A stretch of DNA of 13,624 nucleotides, taken from positions 1 through 13,624 of the forward strand of contig JBDRZD010000047.1 of the NCBI GenBank assembly GCA_039803745.1, written 5' to 3'. Made by a program: the position numbers and the translations under genes. Numbering within the stretch: the first letter of the stretch is position 1; each line of letters opens with the position of its first letter. The notes under the pieces were generated by a model. It saw only the letters and a program-made list of their open reading frames with translations, did no database searches and was not told where the DNA came from. Shown piece by piece: positions 1 to 7,385 of this stretch. Source of the stretch: a candidate division WOR-3 bacterium. GTDB lineage: Bacteria; Hydrothermota; Hydrothermia; Hydrothermales; Hydrothermaceae.

Positions 1-19
1 TATTATCACTTTAAATAGT

Positions 20-1171
20 TTAAGGTTTACCTTCAAGCATTAAAAATTTTTTATCTTCAAGTTCTTTTATCTCTGGAATTTTCTCCCCTGCTATTGCCTT
101 TATTGAACCATAAAATCTCATAAGATTATCAAGAATTTTCTGCAAATCTTTTTCCCTTTCTGCCCATATACTTTGCATTCTCTTCCTTTCCTCAATATAA
201 CCTTTATAAAGTTTTGTAAATCCATCTATAAAAGCACCAAACTGATTTTTAAATTCATTACCTGTTAGGTAATCATAAAGCATTGCCATTTTTGTTTCTT
301 TATCTTCTCTTGAAATTTTTAAATAACTCATTTCTATAAGAAAATATCTCAAAATAAAGGAAAGCGGTTTTAATTCAAAAAAATTACAAATCCACACACC
401 ATCTTTATAAAAAAATCTATCACTTTCCTTTGGCATGGTTTCTGTCACAATGACTAAAAAATCTGCATTTAAATTGAGATTATCCTCTTTTAATTTTGCT
501 ATCCATTTGTTATCAAAATTTTTTGTCCTCTTGCTTTCATAATAAATTTTTCCACATTTAACTCCCTTTTCATTCTTTACAATTTGAATAACATCTGCTC
601 CAAATTCACCTTTACGAACTCTTTTAATTTCATCAAAAGGATATTCAATTTTTAAGAATTTTTCAATCTCTATTTCCTGAATTTCTCCTTTTAATCCTAT
701 TGATACTTTTTCTGCTTTTTCTTGTGCTTCTTTAAGTTCTTTCTTTAAATCTTCAATAGTCTTTTCTTTTTCCTTTAACTCAAAATAAAATTTTTCTTCT
801 AATTCTTTCTTTAATTTTTCCCTTTCTTCTGAAATTCTTTGAGAAAATTCCTTTTCCTTTTCAAAAATTATTCTTTCCTTTAATTCTTCTTTTTCCCTTT
901 TTATTTTTTCATATTCTGCTTGAAGTTTATAATAATCCTTTATTTTTTCTGTTTTTTCCATAATTTCTTTTTTAAGCTCCTTTATGTATTCAGCCATTTC
1001 ATTTTCTATTTTTTCTCGCGCTTCCTTTTCAATTTTTTCTTTTTCAATCTCTATTTTCTTTTTAAATTCATCATCGTATTTTATTTTGATTTCTCTCTCA
1101 ATCTGCTCGTAAAGAACTTCATTCACATCAATCTTCGTTCCACATTTTGGACATACAATTATATTTTTCAT
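20..1171 (-). CDS. DUF2130-family protein: N-terminal CxxC knuckle, long coiled coil, C-terminal PD-(D/E)xK-like domain
   Basis: 383-aa ORF. Starts IVCPKCG, has a ~130-aa E/K-rich heptad region, then KGEIQE..IE..L...YPFD.I..V.KG..GAD, IYYESKRTKNF...WI.KLKED and LVIVTETMP, a pattern I recognise as DUF2130. AGGGGG SD lies upstream of the ATG. Confidence 0.82.
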   Translation of the reverse strand: MKNIIVCPKCGTKIDVNEVLYEQIEREIKIKYDDEFKKKIEIEKEKIEKEAREKIENEMAEYIKELKKEIMEKTEKIKDYYKLQAEYEKIKREKEELKERIIFEKEKEFSQRISEEREKLKKELEEKFYFELKEKEKTIEDLKKELKEAQEKAEKVSIGLKGEIQEIEIEKFLKIEYPFDEIKRVRKGEFGADVIQIVKNEKGVKCGKIYYESKRTKNFDNKWIAKLKEDNLNLNADFLVIVTETMPKESDRFFYKDGVWICNFFELKPLSFILRYFLIEMSYLKISREDKETKMAMLYDYLTGNEFKNQFGAFIDGFTKLYKGYIEERKRMQSIWAEREKDLQKILDNLMRFYGSIKAIAGEKIPEIKELEDKKFLMLEGKP

Positions 1172-1204
1172 TTTGCCCCCTATCTAACATTTATTTTTAA
1201 AATT

Positions 1205-1789
1205 TTATTTTTTAACTAACTTGAATGCAAATTGGAAAATTAACCCTGCTAAAAATATTTTTAACAAATCACCAATTATGAATGGATAAAAACCTGCTTT
1301 TAAGGCATTTTCAAATCCGATAAACTTTGAAAGCCATAAAATACCGGGAATATATATAGTTATATTTCCAATAAGCATTGCAAAAATTGAAGTAATTAGA
1401 TTTTTGTCAAAACCTCTTTCAAAAAGAAAACCTACTGTATAAGAGCAAAAGATAAAACCGATTAAATAACCAAATGTTGGAGAAAATAAATAAAAAATTC
1501 CGCCTCCCCTTGAAAACCACGGAATTAAAGTTAAACCAAATATTAAATAAACAATTTGGGAGAATGTGCCTCTTTTTGAGCCAAGCAACGCACCCGAAAG
1601 CAAAACAATAAAAGTCTGCATTGTAACAGGAACAATACCGATTTCAATTTTTAATTGAGCAAATATACCTGTCAGAAATGAAAAAGAAAAAATTAAAAGG
1701 ATATCTTTTAAAATGGATAAAACCCTGCTCTGGATTTCCGGAATTACTAAATCAATCAAGGAGAGGCTTTTAAATTTTTTCTGGTTCAT
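1205..1789 (-). CDS. bioY: Biotin transporter BioY (ECF S-component)
   Basis: Hydrophobic 194-aa protein with BioY motifs VPVTMQTF, GALLGSKRG, Y...G...IPWFSRG and SPTFGYLIGF, plus C-terminal PFIIGDLLK. SD AAGGGAGG. 4-nt ATGA overlap with the upstream gene. Confidence 0.93.
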   Translation of the reverse strand: MNQKKFKSLSLIDLVIPEIQSRVLSILKDILLIFSFSFLTGIFAQLKIEIGIVPVTMQTFIVLLSGALLGSKRGTFSQIVYLIFGLTLIPWFSRGGGIFYLFSPTFGYLIGFIFCSYTVGFLFERGFDKNLITSIFAMLIGNITIYIPGILWLSKFIGFENALKAGFYPFIIGDLLKIFLAGLIFQFAFKLVKK

Positions 1790-2952
1790 TTTCCTCCCTT
1801 ATCAAATAAAATTTTTGTCTTTATATTTTCTCCATCACTATCAACGATAACTTTTCCTTTTTTATTTTTCCCGAATATATTAAAGGCAATTCTTTCAAGT
1901 TCTTTTAAAAGAGCACTCTCAATTCCTCTTGCGCCAACCCCTTTTTCAAGTGCCTTATCAACAATAAAATCTTTTGCCCTTTCTTTTAATACAAGTTCAA
2001 AACCTTCAAGTAAAAATTCTGTTTTTAATTTTTCTATTTTTAACTCAAGTATTTCTTTCAAAGTTTTTCTATCAAGGGGCTCAAAAGGGATTATTCTTTG
2101 AAATCTTGCAATGAGTTCCGGTAAAAAACCATATTTAAAGAAATTGGAAACATCTTCTTCTTCGCCTTTTAATCTATAAGCAATTACATTACCTTCTTCA
2201 TCAAACTCTTTTAAAAATCCAACATCCTTTGGAGAGAATTCTTTTGTAAATCCACTGAAGGCACCAAGCGCAACAAATAAAATTTCCTGAGTATTTATTC
2301 TGCCTTCAACATTATGGTCCTCTCCATACTCAAAAATCCCGTGCTCTAAGAGTTTGAGCAATTCCCTTTGAACTCCGTATCCAGAAACATCCTTCTGTGT
2401 CCCCGCACCTGCAAATCTTAAATTACTTGTAGAGCCTGCTATTTTATCAAACTCATCAATTATTATTGCTCCAATCTGGGCTAAATATTTGTTTCCCTTT
2501 GCTGCCTGAATCAATTTATAAGGAATATTTATAACATTTTCGCCAACATATCCTGTTTCACTGTATTTTGTTATATCAATTATCACATAAGGAATTTTTA
2601 AAATTCTTCCAAAAAGAAGTTCCATTATATATGTTTTTCCACAACCTGTTGGACCTATAAAAATATAATTAACTCTCTCAGGTAAATTTTCTGGAGGCAC
2701 TCTATATTCATAAATCATCTTTATTCTTCTTAAATGTCTGTAAACTGCCACACAAACCATCTTTCTCGCTTCTTCTTGACCCCTATACCCTTCTTTTTCT
2801 AATAAATTGTAGAGTTCTTCAGGAGAATACAAAGGGAGATTTTTTATAAATTTCTCAAATTCCTCTTTTTTCATGCTATCAATCGCACTTATCTTTTTAT
2901 AAATAAACATAAATTCATCCCTTTCATCATATTTAAAATTTTTATCTTTCAT
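1786..2952 (-). CDS. ClpX-like AAA+ unfoldase lacking the N-terminal C4 zinc-binding domain
   Basis: GQEEARKMVCVAVYRH (ClpX GQE.AK..LAVAVYNH), Walker A GPTGCGKT, pore-1 GYVG, Walker B IIIDEFDKI, KDVSGYGVQRELLKLLE, GAFSG, VGF (IGF-like loop), YGFLPELIARF and sensor-II GARG. No Cys4 ZBD and no RKH loop. SD AAGGAG. Confidence 0.85.
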   Translation of the reverse strand: MKDKNFKYDERDEFMFIYKKISAIDSMKKEEFEKFIKNLPLYSPEELYNLLEKEGYRGQEEARKMVCVAVYRHLRRIKMIYEYRVPPENLPERVNYIFIGPTGCGKTYIMELLFGRILKIPYVIIDITKYSETGYVGENVINIPYKLIQAAKGNKYLAQIGAIIIDEFDKIAGSTSNLRFAGAGTQKDVSGYGVQRELLKLLEHGIFEYGEDHNVEGRINTQEILFVALGAFSGFTKEFSPKDVGFLKEFDEEGNVIAYRLKGEEEDVSNFFKYGFLPELIARFQRIIPFEPLDRKTLKEILELKIEKLKTEFLLEGFELVLKERAKDFIVDKALEKGVGARGIESALLKELERIAFNIFGKNKKGKVIVDSDGENIKTKILFDKGGK

Positions 2953-3490
2953 TTTTCTCCTTTATAATTTGTGATAAAACTTTTTCATGTATTTTAAAAT
3001 CTTCCTCTGTATATAAAACAAATCTTATTCTTTTTACATATTTTAATTCTGGTATCATTTCAATTATTGTTTTAAATGCAACTTTTGCTGCTTCTTCAAC
3101 TGGATAACCAAAATAGCCTGTTGAGATTGCGGGAAAAGCAATTGAATCTATTTTATACTCTTCTGCAATCTTTAATGAATTTTTATAACAATCTGAAAGA
3201 ATCTTATCTTCTGGTTTATCCTTTCCATATACAGGTCCTAATGTATGAATCACATATTTGTTGGGCAAATTATATCCTTTTGTTATAACTGCCTCTCCAG
3301 GCTTTATTGGTGCATATTTTTTACACTCCTCTTCTAAAAGTGGACCTGCTGCTTTATGAATTGCACCTGCAACTCCACCACCCGGCTTTAGCCATGCATT
3401 CGCTGCATTTACAATTGCAGTAAATTCATTCTGTTCTACTATATTTCCTTTTACACATTCAAGTATAACATTGCCTATTTTTATTTGCAT
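2942..3490 (-). CDS. Macrodomain protein (MacroD/YmdB-like O-acetyl-ADP-ribose deacetylase / ADP-ribosylhydrolase)
   Basis: IVNAAN, GGGVAGAIH, GEAVIT.GYNL..KYVIHTLGP and SIAFPAISTGYFGYP. Start reassigned from 3553 to ATG 3490 (MQIKIG...) because the fold begins there and a promoter sits immediately upstream. Confidence 0.92.
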   Translation of the reverse strand: MQIKIGNVILECVKGNIVEQNEFTAIVNAANAWLKPGGGVAGAIHKAAGPLLEEECKKYAPIKPGEAVITKGYNLPNKYVIHTLGPVYGKDKPEDKILSDCYKNSLKIAEEYKIDSIAFPAISTGYFGYPVEEAAKVAFKTIIEMIPELKYVKRIRFVLYTEEDFKIHEKVLSQIIKEKNER

Positions 3491-3496
3491 AAATGA

Positions 3497-3526
3497 ATTA
3501 TAATAAAAAATAACTTTTTCTTTCAA
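3497..3526 (-). promoter_or_regulatory. Sigma70-type promoter for the macrodomain-clpX-like-bioY-DUF2130 unit (probably leaderless)
   Basis: Minus strand TTGAAA (3526-3521), 18 nt, TATAAT (3502-3497), 6 nt, ATG (3490). No SD. Confidence 0.7.
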
Positions 3527-3534
3527 ATCTGGTC

Positions 3535-4860
3535 TCATAATTCTACTTCCCATACTTTCTTTGCAATATTTATGAATGAATTCCTTATTATTTTAAACTT
3601 TTGCCTTTTTCTTAAAATTATTATATAAACTTCAATTCCTTTTTCAACAATTTTATCTCTGTTAATTTTTGATATATTTGCATAGCCATCTGTTATAACA
3701 AGTATTTTTTTAAAATCATTTTGAATTGCATGTTTTGCAATTGAATCAAAATCTGTCCCATAGGTTGTCTTTATTTTTCCTTCTTTTAAATCTCTTAATG
3801 TAATCTCATATACTTTATTTGAAAATATATAAATTGGCTCTAAAATAACATCTTTTAAAAAATAACATATTTCGTAAACAAAGGACCAGTATTCTTTTGT
3901 GGAACCTGAAACATCTATGTAAATTTTTGGTCTTTTGTAAAAAGGCACTCTCTGAATTAAAATTCTGGAAAAAAAGAAAGGATAAATGCCTCTACAAATA
4001 AAAAGTGTTTCTCTTCTTGAAGGAAAGGGAATAACACTTCTTGATTTATTCATTTCATAAACAAGGTAAAATTTATCATCTTTTGTAATTGCCTCTTTTA
4101 TTGCTTCTTTAAAAATATGAATTGTTTCATTCTTAATATTTTTTCCATCTATTATTTTGACCTTTTCAAATTTTTCTTCCTCATTTTTACCTCCTTTATG
4201 GGATTTTCTCAAATAATCCTTCAAAAAATCAGGTATTTTTGATTCTATCTTTTTTATTTCATCAATGAATCTTATTTTATATAAATTTTCAAAATTTTTC
4301 AAATATTTTTTTATGAAATTTATGAAATTATGGATATCTTCATTCTCCTTATAAAGAAAATTTTTTATGTAATAGGCAACTTGGCGGTATTTAAAAACTT
4401 TTTTCTTTTTAAGGAAAAAATTTAAATTGTTTATTATTTTTCCATCTTTTATAACCTTATAGGGATTTAAAAATACTCTAATTGAAAATGGTAAATTTTT
4501 ATAAAACTTTTTGAGAAATTCTGGCTCTTTTAAGAAAAGTTTTTTTGCTATAAAGTAATTAACGATTGAATCAAATATAAAATTCATAAAAATTTTCCCA
4601 TTCTTTTCTTTTTCAATGTAATATTTTCCAACATAAAATTGAGATAAAAGGGCATGAAGATATTCATGAAGCAAAACAAAATAAAGGTCGTCTTTTTTCT
4701 TTAAATATCTTTCTTTAAACTTCTTTCCAATTTTTATAGAGTAAAAACCATTTGAATTGGAAATTAAAGCAGTTTTGACCTTCTCATCCTCTGTTATCTC
4801 AACCTGAGAAAAAATTAATCTCAAAATTTTTAAACCGAGCCCTGTTAAATTTTCTCTCAT
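3535..4860 (-). CDS. HExxH zincin-like metallopeptidase + C-terminal vWA domain protein (DUF2201-like MoxR partner)
   Basis: LLHEYLH (H65/E66/H69) followed by NFIFDSIVN, similar to the N.A.D..IN motif of DUF2201-type peptidase domains. Complete MIDAS: IYIDVSGST, GTDF, LVITDGY. 4-nt overlap with the upstream ORF. Confidence 0.78.
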   Translation of the reverse strand: MRENLTGLGLKILRLIFSQVEITEDEKVKTALISNSNGFYSIKIGKKFKERYLKKKDDLYFVLLHEYLHALLSQFYVGKYYIEKEKNGKIFMNFIFDSIVNYFIAKKLFLKEPEFLKKFYKNLPFSIRVFLNPYKVIKDGKIINNLNFFLKKKKVFKYRQVAYYIKNFLYKENEDIHNFINFIKKYLKNFENLYKIRFIDEIKKIESKIPDFLKDYLRKSHKGGKNEEEKFEKVKIIDGKNIKNETIHIFKEAIKEAITKDDKFYLVYEMNKSRSVIPFPSRRETLFICRGIYPFFFSRILIQRVPFYKRPKIYIDVSGSTKEYWSFVYEICYFLKDVILEPIYIFSNKVYEITLRDLKEGKIKTTYGTDFDSIAKHAIQNDFKKILVITDGYANISKINRDKIVEKGIEVYIIILRKRQKFKIIRNSFINIAKKVWEVEL

Positions 4861-5954
4861 AATCCTGCAATCATTAAAAATTCTGTATTTTGTTTAACAG
4901 ATGGGTGAAAATAAACAAGTGGAAAATTTTCCAAACTTTTCTCTTTTTTTAATAAGTAATTAAAAGCATAGATTATCCTCTCATCATCTATAACCTTTAT
5001 TTTTTTGAAGTTTATTGGCACTCTTGAATCAAAGGCAAAAATAACTTTTGAATTAAAGGGATTTTTAATTGTTTTATGATTTATTTTATTTTTTATCTCT
5101 TTTTTGAAAGGAATAAAGCATTCAAAATTTAAGAAATTGTATCCAACGAGATATTCAAAATCTGATTTTCTGTTTATCTTCCCATCTTTATCAAACCTCT
5201 TTATAATTTCAGGAGATAGATTTCTTAAAATTCTGAAACGATTGGCATCGTAATGAATAACACTTAAATTCCTCTTATAATGAAAGGGATTATCCCTTTT
5301 TAGTATCCTTTTTATTTTTCTTCCTCTTCTCCACATAAAAGAAGGAATATAAGGAATATCCAGTCTCTCTGGGGGAATATATGGAAAAAGTAAAAATTCC
5401 ACTCTTGGAATTTTATAATTTTTAAACTTGATAAATTTCTCCCTGTAAATTAGGAAAATATTTTCCCTGTCCAAGGAATAAGTAAAGATAAGATTCCCTT
5501 TATAATTTATAAAGGGATATTTTCCTTCTATGGAAAAATATTCTTCTTCTGGAAAGTATTTTATAAAGTTTAATGTTTTTTTCTTAACAGCAATTTCTAT
5601 TCCTTTTTCCTTTGAACCAATATTTTTTATCAAGTTATCTATTTCTTTATTTCCGTCTACATAGTGTTCACATAAAAAAGAAACTACCTTGGGTAAAGAA
5701 GAGGTAAATATAACACCTTTTATTTCTTTTATTTCACCATTTATTTTTATGCGAAATTTTCCTATATAAGAGTGAATATCTTCACAGGAAAATAAGGAAT
5801 CAAAGGGTAAATTTTCCCGATAATAAAAAATGACTTCTTCCACATTACACATTCCATAATTTACCACATCTTTTAACGGAACTTCCAGTTCACAAATTTC
5901 ATAGAGTTTAACATCCTTTTTATCTAACAATTTTGAAAGACCAGTTATTTTCAT
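4857..5954 (-). CDS. Hypothetical protein (365 aa), middle gene of the MoxR-vWA cassette
   Basis: Long uninterrupted ORF with 4-nt ATGA overlaps to both neighbours. No motif recognised. The N-terminal part is more acidic and Cys-containing; the C-terminal half is basic and aromatic-rich. Confidence 0.75.
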   Translation of the reverse strand: MKITGLSKLLDKKDVKLYEICELEVPLKDVVNYGMCNVEEVIFYYRENLPFDSLFSCEDIHSYIGKFRIKINGEIKEIKGVIFTSSLPKVVSFLCEHYVDGNKEIDNLIKNIGSKEKGIEIAVKKKTLNFIKYFPEEEYFSIEGKYPFINYKGNLIFTYSLDRENIFLIYREKFIKFKNYKIPRVEFLLFPYIPPERLDIPYIPSFMWRRGRKIKRILKRDNPFHYKRNLSVIHYDANRFRILRNLSPEIIKRFDKDGKINRKSDFEYLVGYNFLNFECFIPFKKEIKNKINHKTIKNPFNSKVIFAFDSRVPINFKKIKVIDDERIIYAFNYLLKKEKSLENFPLVYFHPSVKQNTEFLMIAGL

Positions 5955-7285
5955 TTTTCCCTCCCATTCATTTTTTCAATCAAATCTTTATATTCATAAA
6001 AAATCTCTTTAATATCTTCGCTCTCATTATAAAAATCTCTTGAATGGATACCTTCATAAATCAAAAATTTTAAAGCAAGGGAGTCGGATTTTTTATTCAA
6101 ATCCGGTGGAAAAGGAGAATCAAAAAGTTCAAAGATTGCTAAAGGTGAGGCTTCTTCAAAGAATCTTTCTGCAAATATTCTCAGACATTTTGAAAGGAAA
6201 CTTTTTGAAACTTTTTCATTGCCTGTAAATACTTTTTTAAGAAAAGAATAAAGGGAAACATTTTTCTTTATCTTTTTATCAATTTCAACCTCCTGTGAAT
6301 ATTCATCACATAATTTTGAAAGAATCTTTTCATAATCAATCTCTTTTTCTGTTTCTTTTTCTTTAAAAGAATCAAAAATTTTTGTTATTTCATTATGAAT
6401 TAAAGAAAAATTTTCATTTTCAAATTTTTGACCTGTTACTTTGAAAGGAAGGGAAAGAAGAAAGGTCTTATAAAATATACTGAATAAATTATCCTTTTTA
6501 AATATACCTTTTGCCATTTTTACTGATATTACAGAAATTATATTTCTTCTAATCATTCCTGCTCTTCTTCCATCTATTTCAATTTCCTCTTTTTTTAATT
6601 CTTCAATTAAACTGTAAATATAATTTGTAATAACATTGTTATATTCCTGAATAACTTTTTGAAAATTTAACTTTGCCTTACCAATAAAAGTTCTTAAGTC
6701 AAAAGATCTTTTATTTTTCTTCTTTTCTATCATAGGAGCGTCCTCCTCTGAAATAGCCCTTATCACCTTTTTTACATTTTTTTCATTCATTGATATTAAC
6801 GGAGGAATTTCTATGAATAAAGAGAACCTCCCTGCAAGCGCTTTATCAAGATAATTTGTTCCAAGATAATTTTTTGGTGGATTCATTGCACCAAATATAT
6901 ATTTTAGATTGGTTAATTTTTTACCCATTAATTTTCTCTCTCTTATTATTTCAAGCCATTTATTCTGCATTGTGGGTTCTGCTCTTGAGATTTCATCTAT
7001 TAATATAAATTCTTTATCCCATATAGAGATATCTGTGATTGCATATTCCACTCTTCCTTCTTTAAAACTATCAGGATTTGGAAAACCAATAATATCCTCA
7101 AAAAGGGCTTTTGATGCATCATAAGAATGAAATTTAAGTTTTAATGCTTCTGCAAGCCTTCTTGAAAGCAAAGTCTTGGCACTCCCTATTTCTCCAATTA
7201 AAAGGATAGGGTCACCTGTTACAAGGCTTGCAAGGATAAAATCCTCTACCTCATCCATTCCATATATACCTAACTTTTCCAGCAT
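5951..7285 (-). CDS. MoxR/RavA-type AAA+ ATPase with C-terminal extension
   Basis: ILLIGEIGSAKT (RavA-like GxxGxAKT Walker A), EDIIGFPNP, Walker B ILIDEISRA, MQNKWLEIIRER, sensor-I GAMNP, Arg finger LDKALAGRF and DGRRA sensor-II. Strong SD AAGGAGGTG at 7298-7290. Confidence 0.88.
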   Translation of the reverse strand: MLEKLGIYGMDEVEDFILASLVTGDPILLIGEIGSAKTLLSRRLAEALKLKFHSYDASKALFEDIIGFPNPDSFKEGRVEYAITDISIWDKEFILIDEISRAEPTMQNKWLEIIRERKLMGKKLTNLKYIFGAMNPPKNYLGTNYLDKALAGRFSLFIEIPPLISMNEKNVKKVIRAISEEDAPMIEKKKNKRSFDLRTFIGKAKLNFQKVIQEYNNVITNYIYSLIEELKKEEIEIDGRRAGMIRRNIISVISVKMAKGIFKKDNLFSIFYKTFLLSLPFKVTGQKFENENFSLIHNEITKIFDSFKEKETEKEIDYEKILSKLCDEYSQEVEIDKKIKKNVSLYSFLKKVFTGNEKVSKSFLSKCLRIFAERFFEEASPLAIFELFDSPFPPDLNKKSDSLALKFLIYEGIHSRDFYNESEDIKEIFYEYKDLIEKMNGREK

Positions 7286-7311
7286 ATTACACCTCCTTTT
7301 TAATCAGTTAA

Positions 7312-7343
7312 ATATTAATTTTTAAAAATGACAATTTTTGACA
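7312..7343 (-). promoter_or_regulatory. Candidate regulated promoter/operator of the MoxR cassette: TGTCA-N5-TGTCA direct repeat followed 11 nt later by TAATAT
   Basis: Minus strand TGTCA(7343-7339)AAAAT TGTCA(7333-7329) TTTTTAAAAAT TAATAT(7317-7312), then about 20 nt of leader containing the SD. There is no good -35 at 17 nt from this -10. Confidence 0.45.
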
Positions 7344-7344
7344 C

Positions 7345-7374
7345 TTGATTATTCTAAAAAAATTTTTGTATAAT
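7345..7374 (+). promoter_or_regulatory. Sigma70-type promoter of cas6
   Basis: TTGATT (7345-7350), 18 nt, TATAAT (7369-7374). ATG follows 11 nt later with no SD. Confidence 0.55.
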
Positions 7375-7385
7375 TAAAATATAAA

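Noticed and set aside
920..1219. 99-aa Phe-rich plus-strand ORF
   Set aside because: It is the antisense shadow of the Lys/Glu-rich DUF2130 coiled coil (AAA/GAA codons read as TTT/TTC).
1786..2952. HslU, or canonical clpX, as the call for the AAA+ ORF
   Set aside because: There is no HslU I-domain insertion and no hslV neighbour. ClpX-type DVSG.GVQ and VGF loops are present, but the missing ZBD and RKH loop argue against assigning the clpX symbol.
3491..3553. N-terminal extension of the macrodomain ORF (start 3553)
   Set aside because: It overlaps the vWA gene end and spans a clear -35/-10 promoter. The domain starts at Met 3490.
4857..5954. Orphan ORF as a divergent Cas protein (Cas5/7/8) partnering cas6
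   Set aside because: No RAMP G-rich loop or other Cas motif is recognisable, and it is coupled to MoxR/vWA on the opposite strand. Only a structure search could revive this idea.
3076..7124. Short plus-strand ORFs 3076-3288, 6040-6228 and 6909-7124
   Set aside because: They lie entirely antisense to well-supported genes and show no recognisable motifs.
3535..7285. Mobile element boundaries around the MoxR cassette
   Set aside because: I saw no integrase or transposase, tRNA, terminal inverted repeats or convincing target-site duplication. Accessory status remains an inference.
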